Below, in pieces: positions 47,854 through 55,621 of a stretch of DNA of 55,621 bases; the first letter of the stretch is position 1, and each line of letters opens with the position of its first letter. Position numbers and translations under genes: made by a program. The notes under the pieces are model-generated. The model was not told the origin of the DNA. It was given only the letters and a program-made list of their open reading frames with translations, and did no database searches. Origin of the DNA: a virus (taxonomy: Duplodnaviria > Caudoviricetes); IMG/VR virus record IMGVR_UViG_3300028897_000188, positions 1 through 55,621 of that record, one strand, 5' to 3'.

Positions 47854-48206
47854 TGGATTTTAATGACTACCAAATGAAATGTAGGAAAACTGACGTGTGG
47901 CATGAAGTAGAAAAGGATATTGTCTTACCTCTTGAACCACCTTGGATGTATTACGTCTTGGGTATGGCTGGAGAGATCGGAGAATTTCAAGAGAAAGTAA
48001 AGAAGTTATTCAGAGATAAAAAAGGACATGTTGATTATGAATTCTCTAAAGACATTGCTTATGAGCTTGGAGATGTTCTCTGGTATATGGCTAGATTCTG
48101 TGATGAGTTAGGGATTCCGTTTGATGATATTCCTAAATTAAACGTAGAGAAATTATTCTCACGTAAAGACAGGAACAAACTACAAGGTGACGGAGATAAT
48201 AGATAA
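47853..48206 (+). CDS. MazG-like NTP pyrophosphohydrolase
   Basis: FNDYQ...LGMAGEIGE..EKVKK...ELGDVLWY...NVEKLFSR...GDGDNR. Confidence 0.88.
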   Translation: MDFNDYQMKCRKTDVWHEVEKDIVLPLEPPWMYYVLGMAGEIGEFQEKVKKLFRDKKGHVDYEFSKDIAYELGDVLWYMARFCDELGIPFDDIPKLNVEKLFSRKDRNKLQGDGDNR

Positions 48207-48309
48207 TGGATGAAGAATATGGATATATAATGTTATACTATATGGAGTTATGGAATTTATGCTTTACTCCATGTGGTCTTTGTTATGATTTAGATTTAAG
48301 AAGTATAAT

Positions 48310-48474
48310 ATGATTATCGAAGTCAAAGAAAATAAAGCCAAGTGTCCTGAGTGTGGTAAATGGAGAGATGTAACTTTCCATGATATCAGGAAACAAAAAG
48401 AATTAAAATGTTGTAAGAACTATGCTTTGTTGGAGGTAAAAAATGTCAAAAATCAAAAAATACAAAAGAAGTAA
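48310..48474 (+). CDS. Small Zn-ribbon protein (54 aa)
   Basis: KCPECG...CC; fills the intergenic gap. Confidence 0.4.
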   Translation: MIIEVKENKAKCPECGKWRDVTFHDIRKQKELKCCKNYALLEVKNVKNQKIQKK

Positions 48475-48901
48475 AGAAGAAGAAAAACAGTTAGGTCAAA
48501 AAGACGCTGGACGCTTTGACGAAGGTAAAGTAAGAATGGATCTGATTCCTGCATGGGCTTTGGAGAAGATTGCGGAAGTATATACATACGGAGCGCAAAA
48601 ATATGACGATAATAATTGGCTTAAAGGAATGAAGTGGAGTAAGGTTTCTGGCCCATTGGAGCGTCACTATAATAAATGGAAAAGAGGAAACATTAAAGAT
48701 GAGGAAAGTAATTGCTACCACCTTGCTATGGTAGCTTGGAACGCAATAGCCTTAATGATATATCAGGAGTTTGGTTTGGGTACGGATGATAGGTGTCCTG
48801 TAGTAATGGATATGTTGGATGATAAACAAAGAAAGAAGATGATTGAACATTGGTTAAAGTGTTCAATGGAAGGAAAACAATATAACGGTCTGGAGGAATA
48901 A
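48443..48901 (+). CDS. dATP/dGTP diphosphohydrolase-domain protein (DUF5664-like)
   Basis: RFDEGKVRMDLIP...YGAQKYDDNNWLKG...RH...DEES..HLAMVAWN. Confidence 0.85.
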   Translation: MSKIKKYKRSKEEEKQLGQKDAGRFDEGKVRMDLIPAWALEKIAEVYTYGAQKYDDNNWLKGMKWSKVSGPLERHYNKWKRGNIKDEESNCYHLAMVAWNAIALMIYQEFGLGTDDRCPVVMDMLDDKQRKKMIEHWLKCSMEGKQYNGLEE

Positions 48902-49152
48902 TGGAATTAACGATTGAAAGACTTCAAGAAGCATATAAAAAAATAAACGGAGTAGAATATGACTTAAACAAAAGATGGGAAGAAGGGATTTCTCACCATC
49001 CTAAAAGTGAAGAGTTGTTTAAAAAGATTCAAGAAGTAGATTTTATTTGGAATGACGATCATTTTTGCTGGAAGTATGGTGGAGATGGAGACAACGGAGA
49101 AATCTTTATGTATGTTTTGGATGTCATATTTGAAGAAGAGGATAAGAAATGA
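48901..49152 (+). CDS. Hypothetical protein
   Basis: 83-aa ORF with SD; WKYGGDGDNGE. Confidence 0.65.
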   Translation: MELTIERLQEAYKKINGVEYDLNKRWEEGISHHPKSEELFKKIQEVDFIWNDDHFCWKYGGDGDNGEIFMYVLDVIFEEEDKK

Positions 49153-49943
49153 TTTACTGTTTTGATATAGATGGAACCATATGTACAAAAGCTAGTCATT
49201 ATAAATTTGCTAAACCAATACAACCAATGATAGATAGGATAAACAAGCTGTATGAGAACGGTAATACAATTATTCTGTCTACTGCCAGAGGGAAAGGAAG
49301 CGGAGTGGATTATGAGGAGCTAACCAGACAACAGATTTTTAAATGGAAAGTAAAACATAATGAGATACTTTTCGATAAACCTTCCGCTGACTTCTACGTA
49401 GATGATAAAGCCGTGTTGCCTGAAACACTCTATCTAAAGGAGTACCGTCAAGTATTTACAAACGGATGTTTCGATATAATTCACGCTGGACACATCAAAC
49501 TTCTAAGGGAAGCATCAGAGCTTGGTATTGTAACAGTAGGAGTTAATTCAGATGACTCCGTTAGAAGGATCAAGAGAGAACCAGTTAACAAGCTGGAGGA
49601 TAGGATGGAAGTTCTATCTTCTATAAGATACGTGGATAGAGTTATACCGTTTACTCAGGATACTCCATTTGATTTAGTTATGCAATTACTACCAGATGTG
49701 ATTGTTAAAGGAGCCGATTGGAAAGGTAAGGATGTTAATGAATTTAAGTTTGTAGAGTCTTACGGAGGGAAGGTTCATTTTGTAGAATTGCTTACTGGTT
49801 ATTCAAGTAGCAAAATAATGTCTAGTTGGGAAGATCGCTATACGGAGTGTTTATGTGATTGTGAAAAAGAGATTTGTGGTATTTGTAGCCAGCCGTATTG
49901 TGATCATGTGAATTGTAAATGTAGAGAATGGAACATGAGATAA
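49149..49943 (+). CDS. HAD phosphatase fused to heptose-1-P adenylyltransferase (HldE/RfaE domain II)
   Basis: FDIDGT...TARG...KP.ADFYVDDK, then FTNGCFDIIHAGH...VGVNSDDSV...VKGADW. Confidence 0.85.
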   Translation: MIYCFDIDGTICTKASHYKFAKPIQPMIDRINKLYENGNTIILSTARGKGSGVDYEELTRQQIFKWKVKHNEILFDKPSADFYVDDKAVLPETLYLKEYRQVFTNGCFDIIHAGHIKLLREASELGIVTVGVNSDDSVRRIKREPVNKLEDRMEVLSSIRYVDRVIPFTQDTPFDLVMQLLPDVIVKGADWKGKDVNEFKFVESYGGKVHFVELLTGYSSSKIMSSWEDRYTECLCDCEKEICGICSQPYCDHVNCKCREWNMR

Positions 49944-49944
49944 A

Positions 49945-50031
49945 TGGTACTAGGGGAGGGAGTTGAACCCTCAATCCCTTTCGGGCAACGGATTTTAAGT
50001 CCGTTGTGTATACCAATTCCACCACCCTAGT
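49945..50031 (-). tRNA. tRNA-Leu(TAA)
   Basis: Type II cloverleaf, ACGGA CT TAA AA TCCGT, encoded CCA. Confidence 0.93.
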
Positions 50032-50404
50032 AAACTTTTACTTCATCTATTGTGTAGTCAATGTATTCCATATCGAATTCAAACTGCTCATCGACAGTAT
50101 TATTTTTCCTGTCAATTATTTCACTAAATTTTTCCCAGTATTCAAGAGGATCAATTTTTAACATTTCAGGATCTACAAAACTATAGCCATATTTTTCTTG
50201 GGAATCTTTCAATCCAACTTCTTCATTGAATTTATCTACTTCTTCTTTAATACGGTGAGCTTCCGCTTTACAGTTAATACAGAAATTTTCTGCATTGTCT
50301 TTATCAAAGAATCCCTTCGTAACCCATGTGTGATAACTATCATGTTCTCCGCTGTGACCAATGACTACATATACAATTTTCGGTTCTAACAAAGTAGGTG
50401 TCAT
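50027..50404 (-). CDS. Hypothetical protein between tRNAs
   Basis: 125-aa ORF with AAGGA SD. Confidence 0.65.
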   Translation of the reverse strand: MTPTLLEPKIVYVVIGHSGEHDSYHTWVTKGFFDKDNAENFCINCKAEAHRIKEEVDKFNEEVGLKDSQEKYGYSFVDPEMLKIDPLEYWEKFSEIIDRKNNTVDEQFEFDMEYIDYTIDEVKVY

Positions 50405-50425
50405 TTTTCTTTCCTTTCATTAAAA

Positions 50426-50511
50426 TGGTACGTGAGGAGGGAGTCGAACCCTCAATCCTTGCGGCACTAGATCCTAAGTCTAGCGTGTATACCTATTTCC
50501 ACCACTCACGT
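50426..50511 (-). tRNA. tRNA-Leu(TAG)
   Basis: CTAGA CT TAG GA TCTAG, GGTTCGACTCC, encoded CCA. Confidence 0.93.
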
Positions 50512-50614
50512 ATATTATCGAATCCAAAACATTCCCTGCTCTTCCCAATAATCATTCCAAGCAGTTTTTATCTTCTTCCATATTTTTTTAATCTTCTTCT
50601 TCATATTTTACTCC

Positions 50615-50698
50615 TGGTTGGGGAGGTAGGATTTGAACCTACGTGTGATGTATCGGTTTTACAGACCGACTCCTTCGACCAGACTCGGACACTCCCCA
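50615..50698 (-). tRNA. tRNA-Tyr(GTA)
   Basis: TCGGT CT GTA AA ACCGA, GGTTCAAATCC, encoded CCA. Confidence 0.9.
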
Positions 50699-50788
50699 AT
50701 ATTTATTTTATAAGTACTCCGCAATGAGGACATTTTCTTGGAAGTTCATAAACACTCAAACAAGTATCATTTCCACAATGAGGACATT

Positions 50789-50974
50789 TTATAGTTTGCA
50801 TTTACATCTATCTCCTTTTTTTACTTCCTTTCTTAACTTCTTACAGTATAAGGTATTATCCTCTTTCCAGATAATGTGTTCACATTTCAGTTTGCATAAA
50901 GGTTTTATTCTACCTACCGTCATTTCCTCCGTCTGGTAGGATATCTCTTTGTTCCAATCCTTTTTTATATTCAT
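50789..50974 (-). CDS. Small Cys-rich protein
   Basis: 61-aa ORF chained to its neighbours. Confidence 0.45.
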   Translation of the reverse strand: MNIKKDWNKEISYQTEEMTVGRIKPLCKLKCEHIIWKEDNTLYCKKLRKEVKKGDRCKCKL

Positions 50975-51158
50975 TTACAATTCGCTCCAAAATGGTTTTA
51001 ACATTTTTTATTTCATAAACGGAGCAATAAAGTTTAATCGGTACAGCTATATGATCCGTATCAACGTCTTCCACATTCTTCAAGACTTTATCTACTAATC
51101 CCATAGCTCTGCTTAATCTTGCGATATCATGTTTTATGGCTTCGTAAACATCATCCAT
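50910..51158 (-). CDS. Hypothetical protein
   Basis: 82-aa ORF. Confidence 0.5.
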   Translation of the reverse strand: MDDVYEAIKHDIARLSRAMGLVDKVLKNVEDVDTDHIAVPIKLYCSVYEIKNVKTILERIVNEYKKGLEQRDILPDGGNDGR

Positions 51159-51609
51159 TTTTTTTCTTCTTTTTCACTTTTCGTTTTCTTTGAGGTTTTG
51201 ATAGAATATTTTTTACTTTCGCTTTTTCTATTTCCTCTTCTAAAAGTTTTATGTTTGCATACGGAAAGTATTTATCTGTAGTTATATATTTTTTAAAGAT
51301 TTTTCTAAGCCAATCTCCAAGTCTTGTGGGTATTGTGTTTCTAGGTATTCCTTTAGTTTGTTGTCCTGTTTTTCTTTGAAACGACATATCAAAGACATAA
51401 GAATCTCTTGTAGGAGCCTTGTAGAATTCCTCCACTACTTCTCCATCTATTTTCTTTTTTATTCTGACTTCATCTATATAGGTTCTATTGTAGCATATAA
51501 ACCGATATCCCTTTTGAGGATGAGCGGTAAGCTTGGAGAATGTAATTCTTCCATGCTCTCCCATATTAATAAAGGGAACACCTTTATCGGTATATTCTAA
51601 TGATATCAT
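51151..51609 (-). CDS. Hypothetical basic protein
   Basis: Start moved to ATG 51609 because a promoter overlaps the track's TTG start. Confidence 0.6.
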   Translation of the reverse strand: MISLEYTDKGVPFINMGEHGRITFSKLTAHPQKGYRFICYNRTYIDEVRIKKKIDGEVVEEFYKAPTRDSYVFDMSFQRKTGQQTKGIPRNTIPTRLGDWLRKIFKKYITTDKYFPYANIKLLEEEIEKAKVKNILSKPQRKRKVKKKKKNG

Positions 51610-51635
51610 ATTTTTTGATCCTAATTTTTTCTTGC

Positions 51636-51705
51636 ATATTATCATAGCCAATTTTGAATGTCAACAAAAAAAATTCTTGACAGTCTTTTAGATAAATAGT
51701 ATTAG
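51636..51705. promoter_or_regulatory. Divergent promoters
   Basis: Minus: TTGACA(51664)-17-TAATAT. Plus: TTGACA(51677) with nested late-type GATAAATA (51691) before HU. Confidence 0.6.
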
Positions 51706-51738
51706 AGGGCTACTACTACTTATTTAGGAGAAATTGTT

Positions 51739-52011
51739 ATGAATAAAAAAGAACTAATCAAACGTGTTTCTGATGAAATAGGAGTTATTCAATCAGAGAC
51801 AGCTATCATTGTAGATGCTGTACTGAAAGAAATATATAAAGGAATATTAGAAAACGATAAGGTCACTTTTGAAAATTTCGGAGCTTTCCATAAGAAGGTA
51901 AGAAGAGCAAGGAAAGCCAGCAACCCTAAGACTGGAGCAACCATAGACGTTCCAGCTAAAACGGTTGTGAGTTTTAAAATGTCTAGAAAGCTGAAACAAG
52001 ATCTGAATTAA
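51739..52011 (+). CDS. hup: HU/IHF family DNA-binding protein
   Basis: MNKKELI...FGAF...RKASNPKTG..IDVPAK..VSFK. Confidence 0.93.
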   Translation: MNKKELIKRVSDEIGVIQSETAIIVDAVLKEIYKGILENDKVTFENFGAFHKKVRRARKASNPKTGATIDVPAKTVVSFKMSRKLKQDLN

Positions 52012-52014
52012 TGT

Positions 52015-52091
52015 CATGGTGTAGCTCAGTCTGGTAGAGCGGGTGCTTTGGGAGCATCAGGTCGGAGGTTCAAATCCTCCCACCGTGACCA
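52015..52091 (+). tRNA. tRNA-Pro(TGG)
   Basis: TAGCTCAGTCTGGTAGAGC, GGTGC TT TGG GA GCATC, GGTTCAAATCC, encoded CCA. Confidence 0.95.
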
Positions 52092-52157
52092 AAAGGAAAT
52101 GGTATGGTAGGTAGACGAAACGAAATGTAAATTGTTCCTGTTTATAGGAGCAATCAA

Positions 52158-52358
52158 ATGGCAGATGACATCATAAATCATTGTGAATATAAAAATATGA
52201 TGCCATATTGCGCTAAAAAGGAGGAACAAGACGAACAAGAGAAATGTTCCTATTATGAAAAAGCTAGTCATTTCAATAGGTGCATGTATCTAAAATTTGA
52301 TGAATACTGTGATAATGTAAAAGCCAAACTTAAAGTATTAGAAGGAGAAAAGAAATGA
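52158..52358 (+). CDS. Small Cys-rich protein
   Basis: 66-aa ORF with AGGAG SD and five Cys. Confidence 0.6.
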   Translation: MADDIINHCEYKNMMPYCAKKEEQDEQEKCSYYEKASHFNRCMYLKFDEYCDNVKAKLKVLEGEKK

Positions 52359-52876
52359 AATCCAAAGACAGTATTCTAATAAGATGGTGGATATTAGCGT
52401 CATTGGTGTTATTAGGATTTGCTAGTTTGTTTCCTACTGGCATAATCTATAAAGTGAATGACGCTGATATTACAAAAGTCAGTTTTCTAATATTCGGAAT
52501 ATTCTTTTACTACTCTGCAAAGATAGGAACCTACCTTTGGAAGATAAATTCAAAACCAAAACTATCAAAATATGAAGTAGAAACATATCGGCATAAAACC
52601 GAAACAGGATGGTTTGCGGCAGATGCTCTTTTCATCTTAGGATTTTTCGGAACAGTTGTGGGCATCAGCTATGGAACAGAGGGATTCAAAGAATTTACTG
52701 ATTCAGCAAAAGTAGTAACTACAATGGGAACAGGAATAGGAACAGCTTTATACACAACTATTGCTGGTTTGGTTAGTGGTTTAATTCTCAAGTGGCAGTT
52801 ATTTATGATATGCCATTATCTAGATGGACTTGAGAATGAATGTAGTCATTGTAAATGTAATGCGGAGAAAAAATGA
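52355..52876 (+). CDS. MotA/TolQ/ExbB proton-channel family protein
   Basis: LGFFGTVVG...GIGTALYTTIAGL. Confidence 0.85.
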   Translation: MKSKDSILIRWWILASLVLLGFASLFPTGIIYKVNDADITKVSFLIFGIFFYYSAKIGTYLWKINSKPKLSKYEVETYRHKTETGWFAADALFILGFFGTVVGISYGTEGFKEFTDSAKVVTTMGTGIGTALYTTIAGLVSGLILKWQLFMICHYLDGLENECSHCKCNAEKK

Positions 52877-53520
52877 GATCCTTTAGATCATATAATGCCA
52901 ATATGTCATTGCAAGACATTGTAATGATTCTTCTGATATCTTTTCTGTTTATTATTGTCTTTATGAAAGTTGAGAAAAAAGACGATGCTAAAATAAAAAC
53001 AAAAGCGGAGTTTGTTATCAACGTGGAATGGGATGAAAAATCTGACGATGATGTTGATACTTGGTTAAGAGATCCACAAGGGAATTTGGTGTTTTATAAA
53101 GATAAAGAAGTTGGTATAATGCATATTGACAGAGATGATAGAGGAATGGTAAATGATTATGTATATGTACGGAGTGAAAGAGTTTATACTAAAACAAACC
53201 AGGAATTAACTACAATCAGAGGATTCATAGAGGGAGAATGGATTCTCAATCTTCATTATTACAGAAGAGGACAACCAATAAAACCAGTAAACGTACATGT
53301 TACAATAACCAAGCTAAATCCAGAAGCAAAGATAATCTTAAATAAGAAATTGGTATTGGATAACTATTGGCAAGAAGTAACAATAGCAAGATTTGAAATG
53401 ACTAGTAGCGGAAAGATTTTAACTATAGAGGAAGACCTTCCATATGAAATGGTACAAAGTCAAATAGGAGATGGGAACTCACAAGTTTCAGTTCAAAATT
53501 ATAGAGGAGATAGACCATGA
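52873..53520 (+). CDS. ExbD/MotB-like anchored protein with beta-sandwich domain
   Basis: SLQDIV TM helix with Asp; W...DDVDTWLRDP...IDRDDRG...NQE. Confidence 0.6.
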   Translation: MRSFRSYNANMSLQDIVMILLISFLFIIVFMKVEKKDDAKIKTKAEFVINVEWDEKSDDDVDTWLRDPQGNLVFYKDKEVGIMHIDRDDRGMVNDYVYVRSERVYTKTNQELTTIRGFIEGEWILNLHYYRRGQPIKPVNVHVTITKLNPEAKIILNKKLVLDNYWQEVTIARFEMTSSGKILTIEEDLPYEMVQSQIGDGNSQVSVQNYRGDRP

Positions 53521-54071
53521 TATATGGATTCATTGGATTAGTTTTAACATATGTTATTTTAACAACCATGTTTTTATGGATGTTAAGAAAGACTGACACG
53601 GCACAATGGAAAAAGCTTTTGGTTATTCCATTAACTCTGTGGTGGGCTATTGCGCTATACTACACTCCTCTAGGGTTTATGGGATACCCTGTCTCTAAAG
53701 ACATACCAGACAAGGCTATAGTGATAAGCGTCAAAATAGTTGAGCCTACCAATAATAATAAAGGTGGTATGTATTTTTGGGTAATAGATGTTAACAAAGC
53801 AAAACCTCTTCCAGTAGACCCACGTAAAGCCTTTATAATACTGAATCAGCAAGAACCAAGGGCTTATAAACTCCCATATGATAAGGGTTTACATAAAGAC
53901 CTCACAAAGAAAAAAAAGAAACAAAAAGAAGAGAACGGTGTTTTAATATGGAGCAGGAATAGAAAGAAAAAACAACTTGGAGAAGCTACTAACCAAGAGA
54001 AGCTTATAAAAGGTAAATTCAAAGTTGTAAACCCAGTATCTTTATTGCCTTCCAAAACAAATCCTCAATAA
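53517..54071 (+). CDS. Membrane protein, third gene of the MotA-like cassette
   Basis: Two TM helices, GYP, YFW, EPRAYKLPY. Confidence 0.65.
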   Translation: MIYGFIGLVLTYVILTTMFLWMLRKTDTAQWKKLLVIPLTLWWAIALYYTPLGFMGYPVSKDIPDKAIVISVKIVEPTNNNKGGMYFWVIDVNKAKPLPVDPRKAFIILNQQEPRAYKLPYDKGLHKDLTKKKKKQKEENGVLIWSRNRKKKQLGEATNQEKLIKGKFKVVNPVSLLPSKTNPQ

Positions 54072-54110
54072 AATCAATAATTTACACTTCAAAAAAAAAT
54101 CAAAAAAAGC

Positions 54111-54139
54111 TTGACATTCTATCTTATATAAGGTAGAAT
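54111..54139 (+). promoter_or_regulatory. Sigma70 promoter
   Basis: TTGACA-17-TAGAAT with A-rich UP element. Confidence 0.8.
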
Positions 54140-54172
54140 TAATTAGAAACTGAAAAAAGAAAGGAAAACCCA

Positions 54173-54334
54173 ATGGAAAAAAAATTAGAGGAAATTAAAA
54201 AATTCTTAAACATTTCAATGGAAACGCTCCTTTCTCAACCTACTGATTTAATTGAAAAAATGGTAGAAGCTGTCGATGACGAAGATATGTTCAAGGTTCA
54301 TTTGTTGGGATATTCAATAAATTCAAACAGTTAA
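54173..54334 (+). CDS. Small early protein (53 aa)
   Basis: AAGGA SD, directly after the promoter. Confidence 0.55.
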   Translation: MEKKLEEIKKFLNISMETLLSQPTDLIEKMVEAVDDEDMFKVHLLGYSINSNS

Positions 54335-54351
54335 AAATTTGAAAAAAACTC

Positions 54352-54380
54352 TTGACATTTGATTTGAAATCTGGTATCCT
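54352..54380 (+). promoter_or_regulatory. Sigma70 promoter
   Basis: TTGACA-17-TATCCT with TG extension. Confidence 0.7.
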
Positions 54381-54448
54381 ATGTACAGTAGTACAGAGGA
54401 TGAAAAAAAATCCAAGTTTTCAAATCCAATAAAAGAAAGGAAAACATC

Positions 54449-55081
54449 ATGGCAAAAGCAAACACAAAGAAAAAATCGACTCTGGATTTTAACGCTGTAG
54501 TGGCTGGTTCCGCTACTCCGAAATCCGCAAAGGCAAAAGGCAAAGTGGAGAAGGAAATCATTACCGATGCTCCGCAGGAAGTCAAAGACGCTGTATCCGC
54601 TGTAATCGAAGCGAAAGCACGAAAGAAAAAAGCGGAGTCCGATATTAAGGTGAATGAGACTCCTGTTATCGCTTTCGGTTCAGAGCTTAAAGATGGAAGA
54701 GCTTTGAACGGTGACTATAACAAGTCCTATAAGATTCAGGGAGCAAAGGACGAAGACGTTGTTACCTTTGTTACTGCAAACAAATATTCCCATAAGGAAG
54801 AGGATGAGGAAGAGATTGCAGATGTTATGGGTGAGGACAACTTTGAAGAGTTGATGCCGAAAGCCTATGAGATTAAGGTAAAAGCGGAAGTCTTCAATGA
54901 TCCCGACATGCAGGAATTTCTGATGAAGCAAATGGGTGATCGCTTCAATGAATTCTTTGAGGTCGAGTCCAACCGCAAAGTGGTTTCCAACTTTGACGAA
55001 GAGCTTTACAAACGCTATGATCAGGAAACCATTGACGATATCAAGGTTTTCGTGAAACAGGCGAAACCTTCAATCCGCTAA
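54449..55081 (+). CDS. Hypothetical early protein
   Basis: 210-aa ORF with AAGGA SD, followed by a 10-bp hairpin (55095-55120). Confidence 0.75.
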   Translation: MAKANTKKKSTLDFNAVVAGSATPKSAKAKGKVEKEIITDAPQEVKDAVSAVIEAKARKKKAESDIKVNETPVIAFGSELKDGRALNGDYNKSYKIQGAKDEDVVTFVTANKYSHKEEDEEEIADVMGEDNFEELMPKAYEIKVKAEVFNDPDMQEFLMKQMGDRFNEFFEVESNRKVVSNFDEELYKRYDQETIDDIKVFVKQAKPSIR

Positions 55082-55136
55082 TAACTTCTATTCAGAGGAG
55101 CTAGTGAGAGCTAGCTCCTCATAGGAGACAAACCAA

Positions 55137-55418
55137 ATGGCTCAAGAAGAAATCCTTTATATAGAAAATGTTGACGAAGAGATTGAGATTGAAGTAAGCT
55201 TTGATTTTAATCCACCTGAAAAAATGACAAGGCACTATCCAGGATCCGATGCTTCTTGTGAGATTTGCGAAGTGGTTAGAACTGATAACGGAGCAGAGCT
55301 TTTCTTACTTCCAGAAGAGCAAGAGAGACTTGAGGAAGTGCTTTTGGAAAAGACTCTGGAGAAACTTGAAGAGCAAGCGGAATACAAAAAATACGGATAT
55401 ATGTGGAGAGATATATAA
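55137..55418 (+). CDS. Acidic hypothetical protein
   Basis: 93-aa ORF with AGGAG SD. Confidence 0.7.
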   Translation: MAQEEILYIENVDEEIEIEVSFDFNPPEKMTRHYPGSDASCEICEVVRTDNGAELFLLPEEQERLEEVLLEKTLEKLEEQAEYKKYGYMWRDI

Positions 55419-55582
55419 TGACTAAATTTACAAAAGAATTTAAAGATGCTTTGGAGAATCTACCTTTAAAACCTACACTCAAGCAGATGCAAGCCGCTGT
55501 AGATGAACACCAAAAGCGGATTGAGGAAATCTGTGAAGAAGTAAAAAAATCTAATGGCAAAGAAAAAAATCATATTCGATAA
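55418..55582 (+). CDS. Small hypothetical protein (54 aa)
   Basis: TAATG coupling to the upstream stop. Confidence 0.5.
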   Translation: MTKFTKEFKDALENLPLKPTLKQMQAAVDEHQKRIEEICEEVKKSNGKEKNHIR

Positions 55583-55621
55583 AAAGAAATCGGAAGAGAA
55601 AAAAGTCTTCCATACTCCTAC

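Noticed and set aside
2004-55560. Numerous 60-130 aa ORFs antisense to or nested in long genes, or overlapping tRNAs (e.g. 5620-6000, 36325-36633, 49822-50025, 50398-50727, 52026-52271)
   Set aside because: Shadow frames with no SD or recognisable motifs
1-55621. Stop-codon reassignment
   Set aside because: Code 11 gives dense, full-length genes using TAA, TAG and TGA stops; no suppressor tRNA was seen

Overview
A segment of a large, AT-rich T4-like (myovirus/jumbo-type) phage genome read in the standard code. Nearly all genes from 1 to 46.6 kb are on the minus strand. 1-26 kb is a late structural block: three giant modular proteins built from lectin-like domains joined by poly-serine linkers, baseplate gp6/gp25/gp53/hub/gp5/PAAR homologs, and an embedded run of non-structural genes (including a CCA-adding enzyme) whose N-termini resemble T4 capsid-targeting leaders. 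26-46 kb holds glycan genes (UDP-sulfoquinovose synthase, glycosyltransferases, sulfotransferase, heptose kinase), replication genes (primase, class II RNR, RNase H, resolvase, clamp and clamp loader) and a compact four-gene ubiquitin-like cassette (Ubl-E2-E1-JAB). Around 46.6-47.5 kb strand bias breaks down at a candidate origin (initiator-like gene, AT-rich tract, six 16-bp palindromes). After it come nucleotide-pool genes, HU and a MotA/TolQ-like cassette; five tRNAs lie between 46.5 and 52.1 kb. Several intergenic regions fold into unexplained RNAs: a Gly-identity minihelix ending UCCA, a circularly permuted tRNA half, a 6S-like rod and an anti-SD-bearing 3' RNA. All calls come from motif recognition and folding by eye; no database searches were run.
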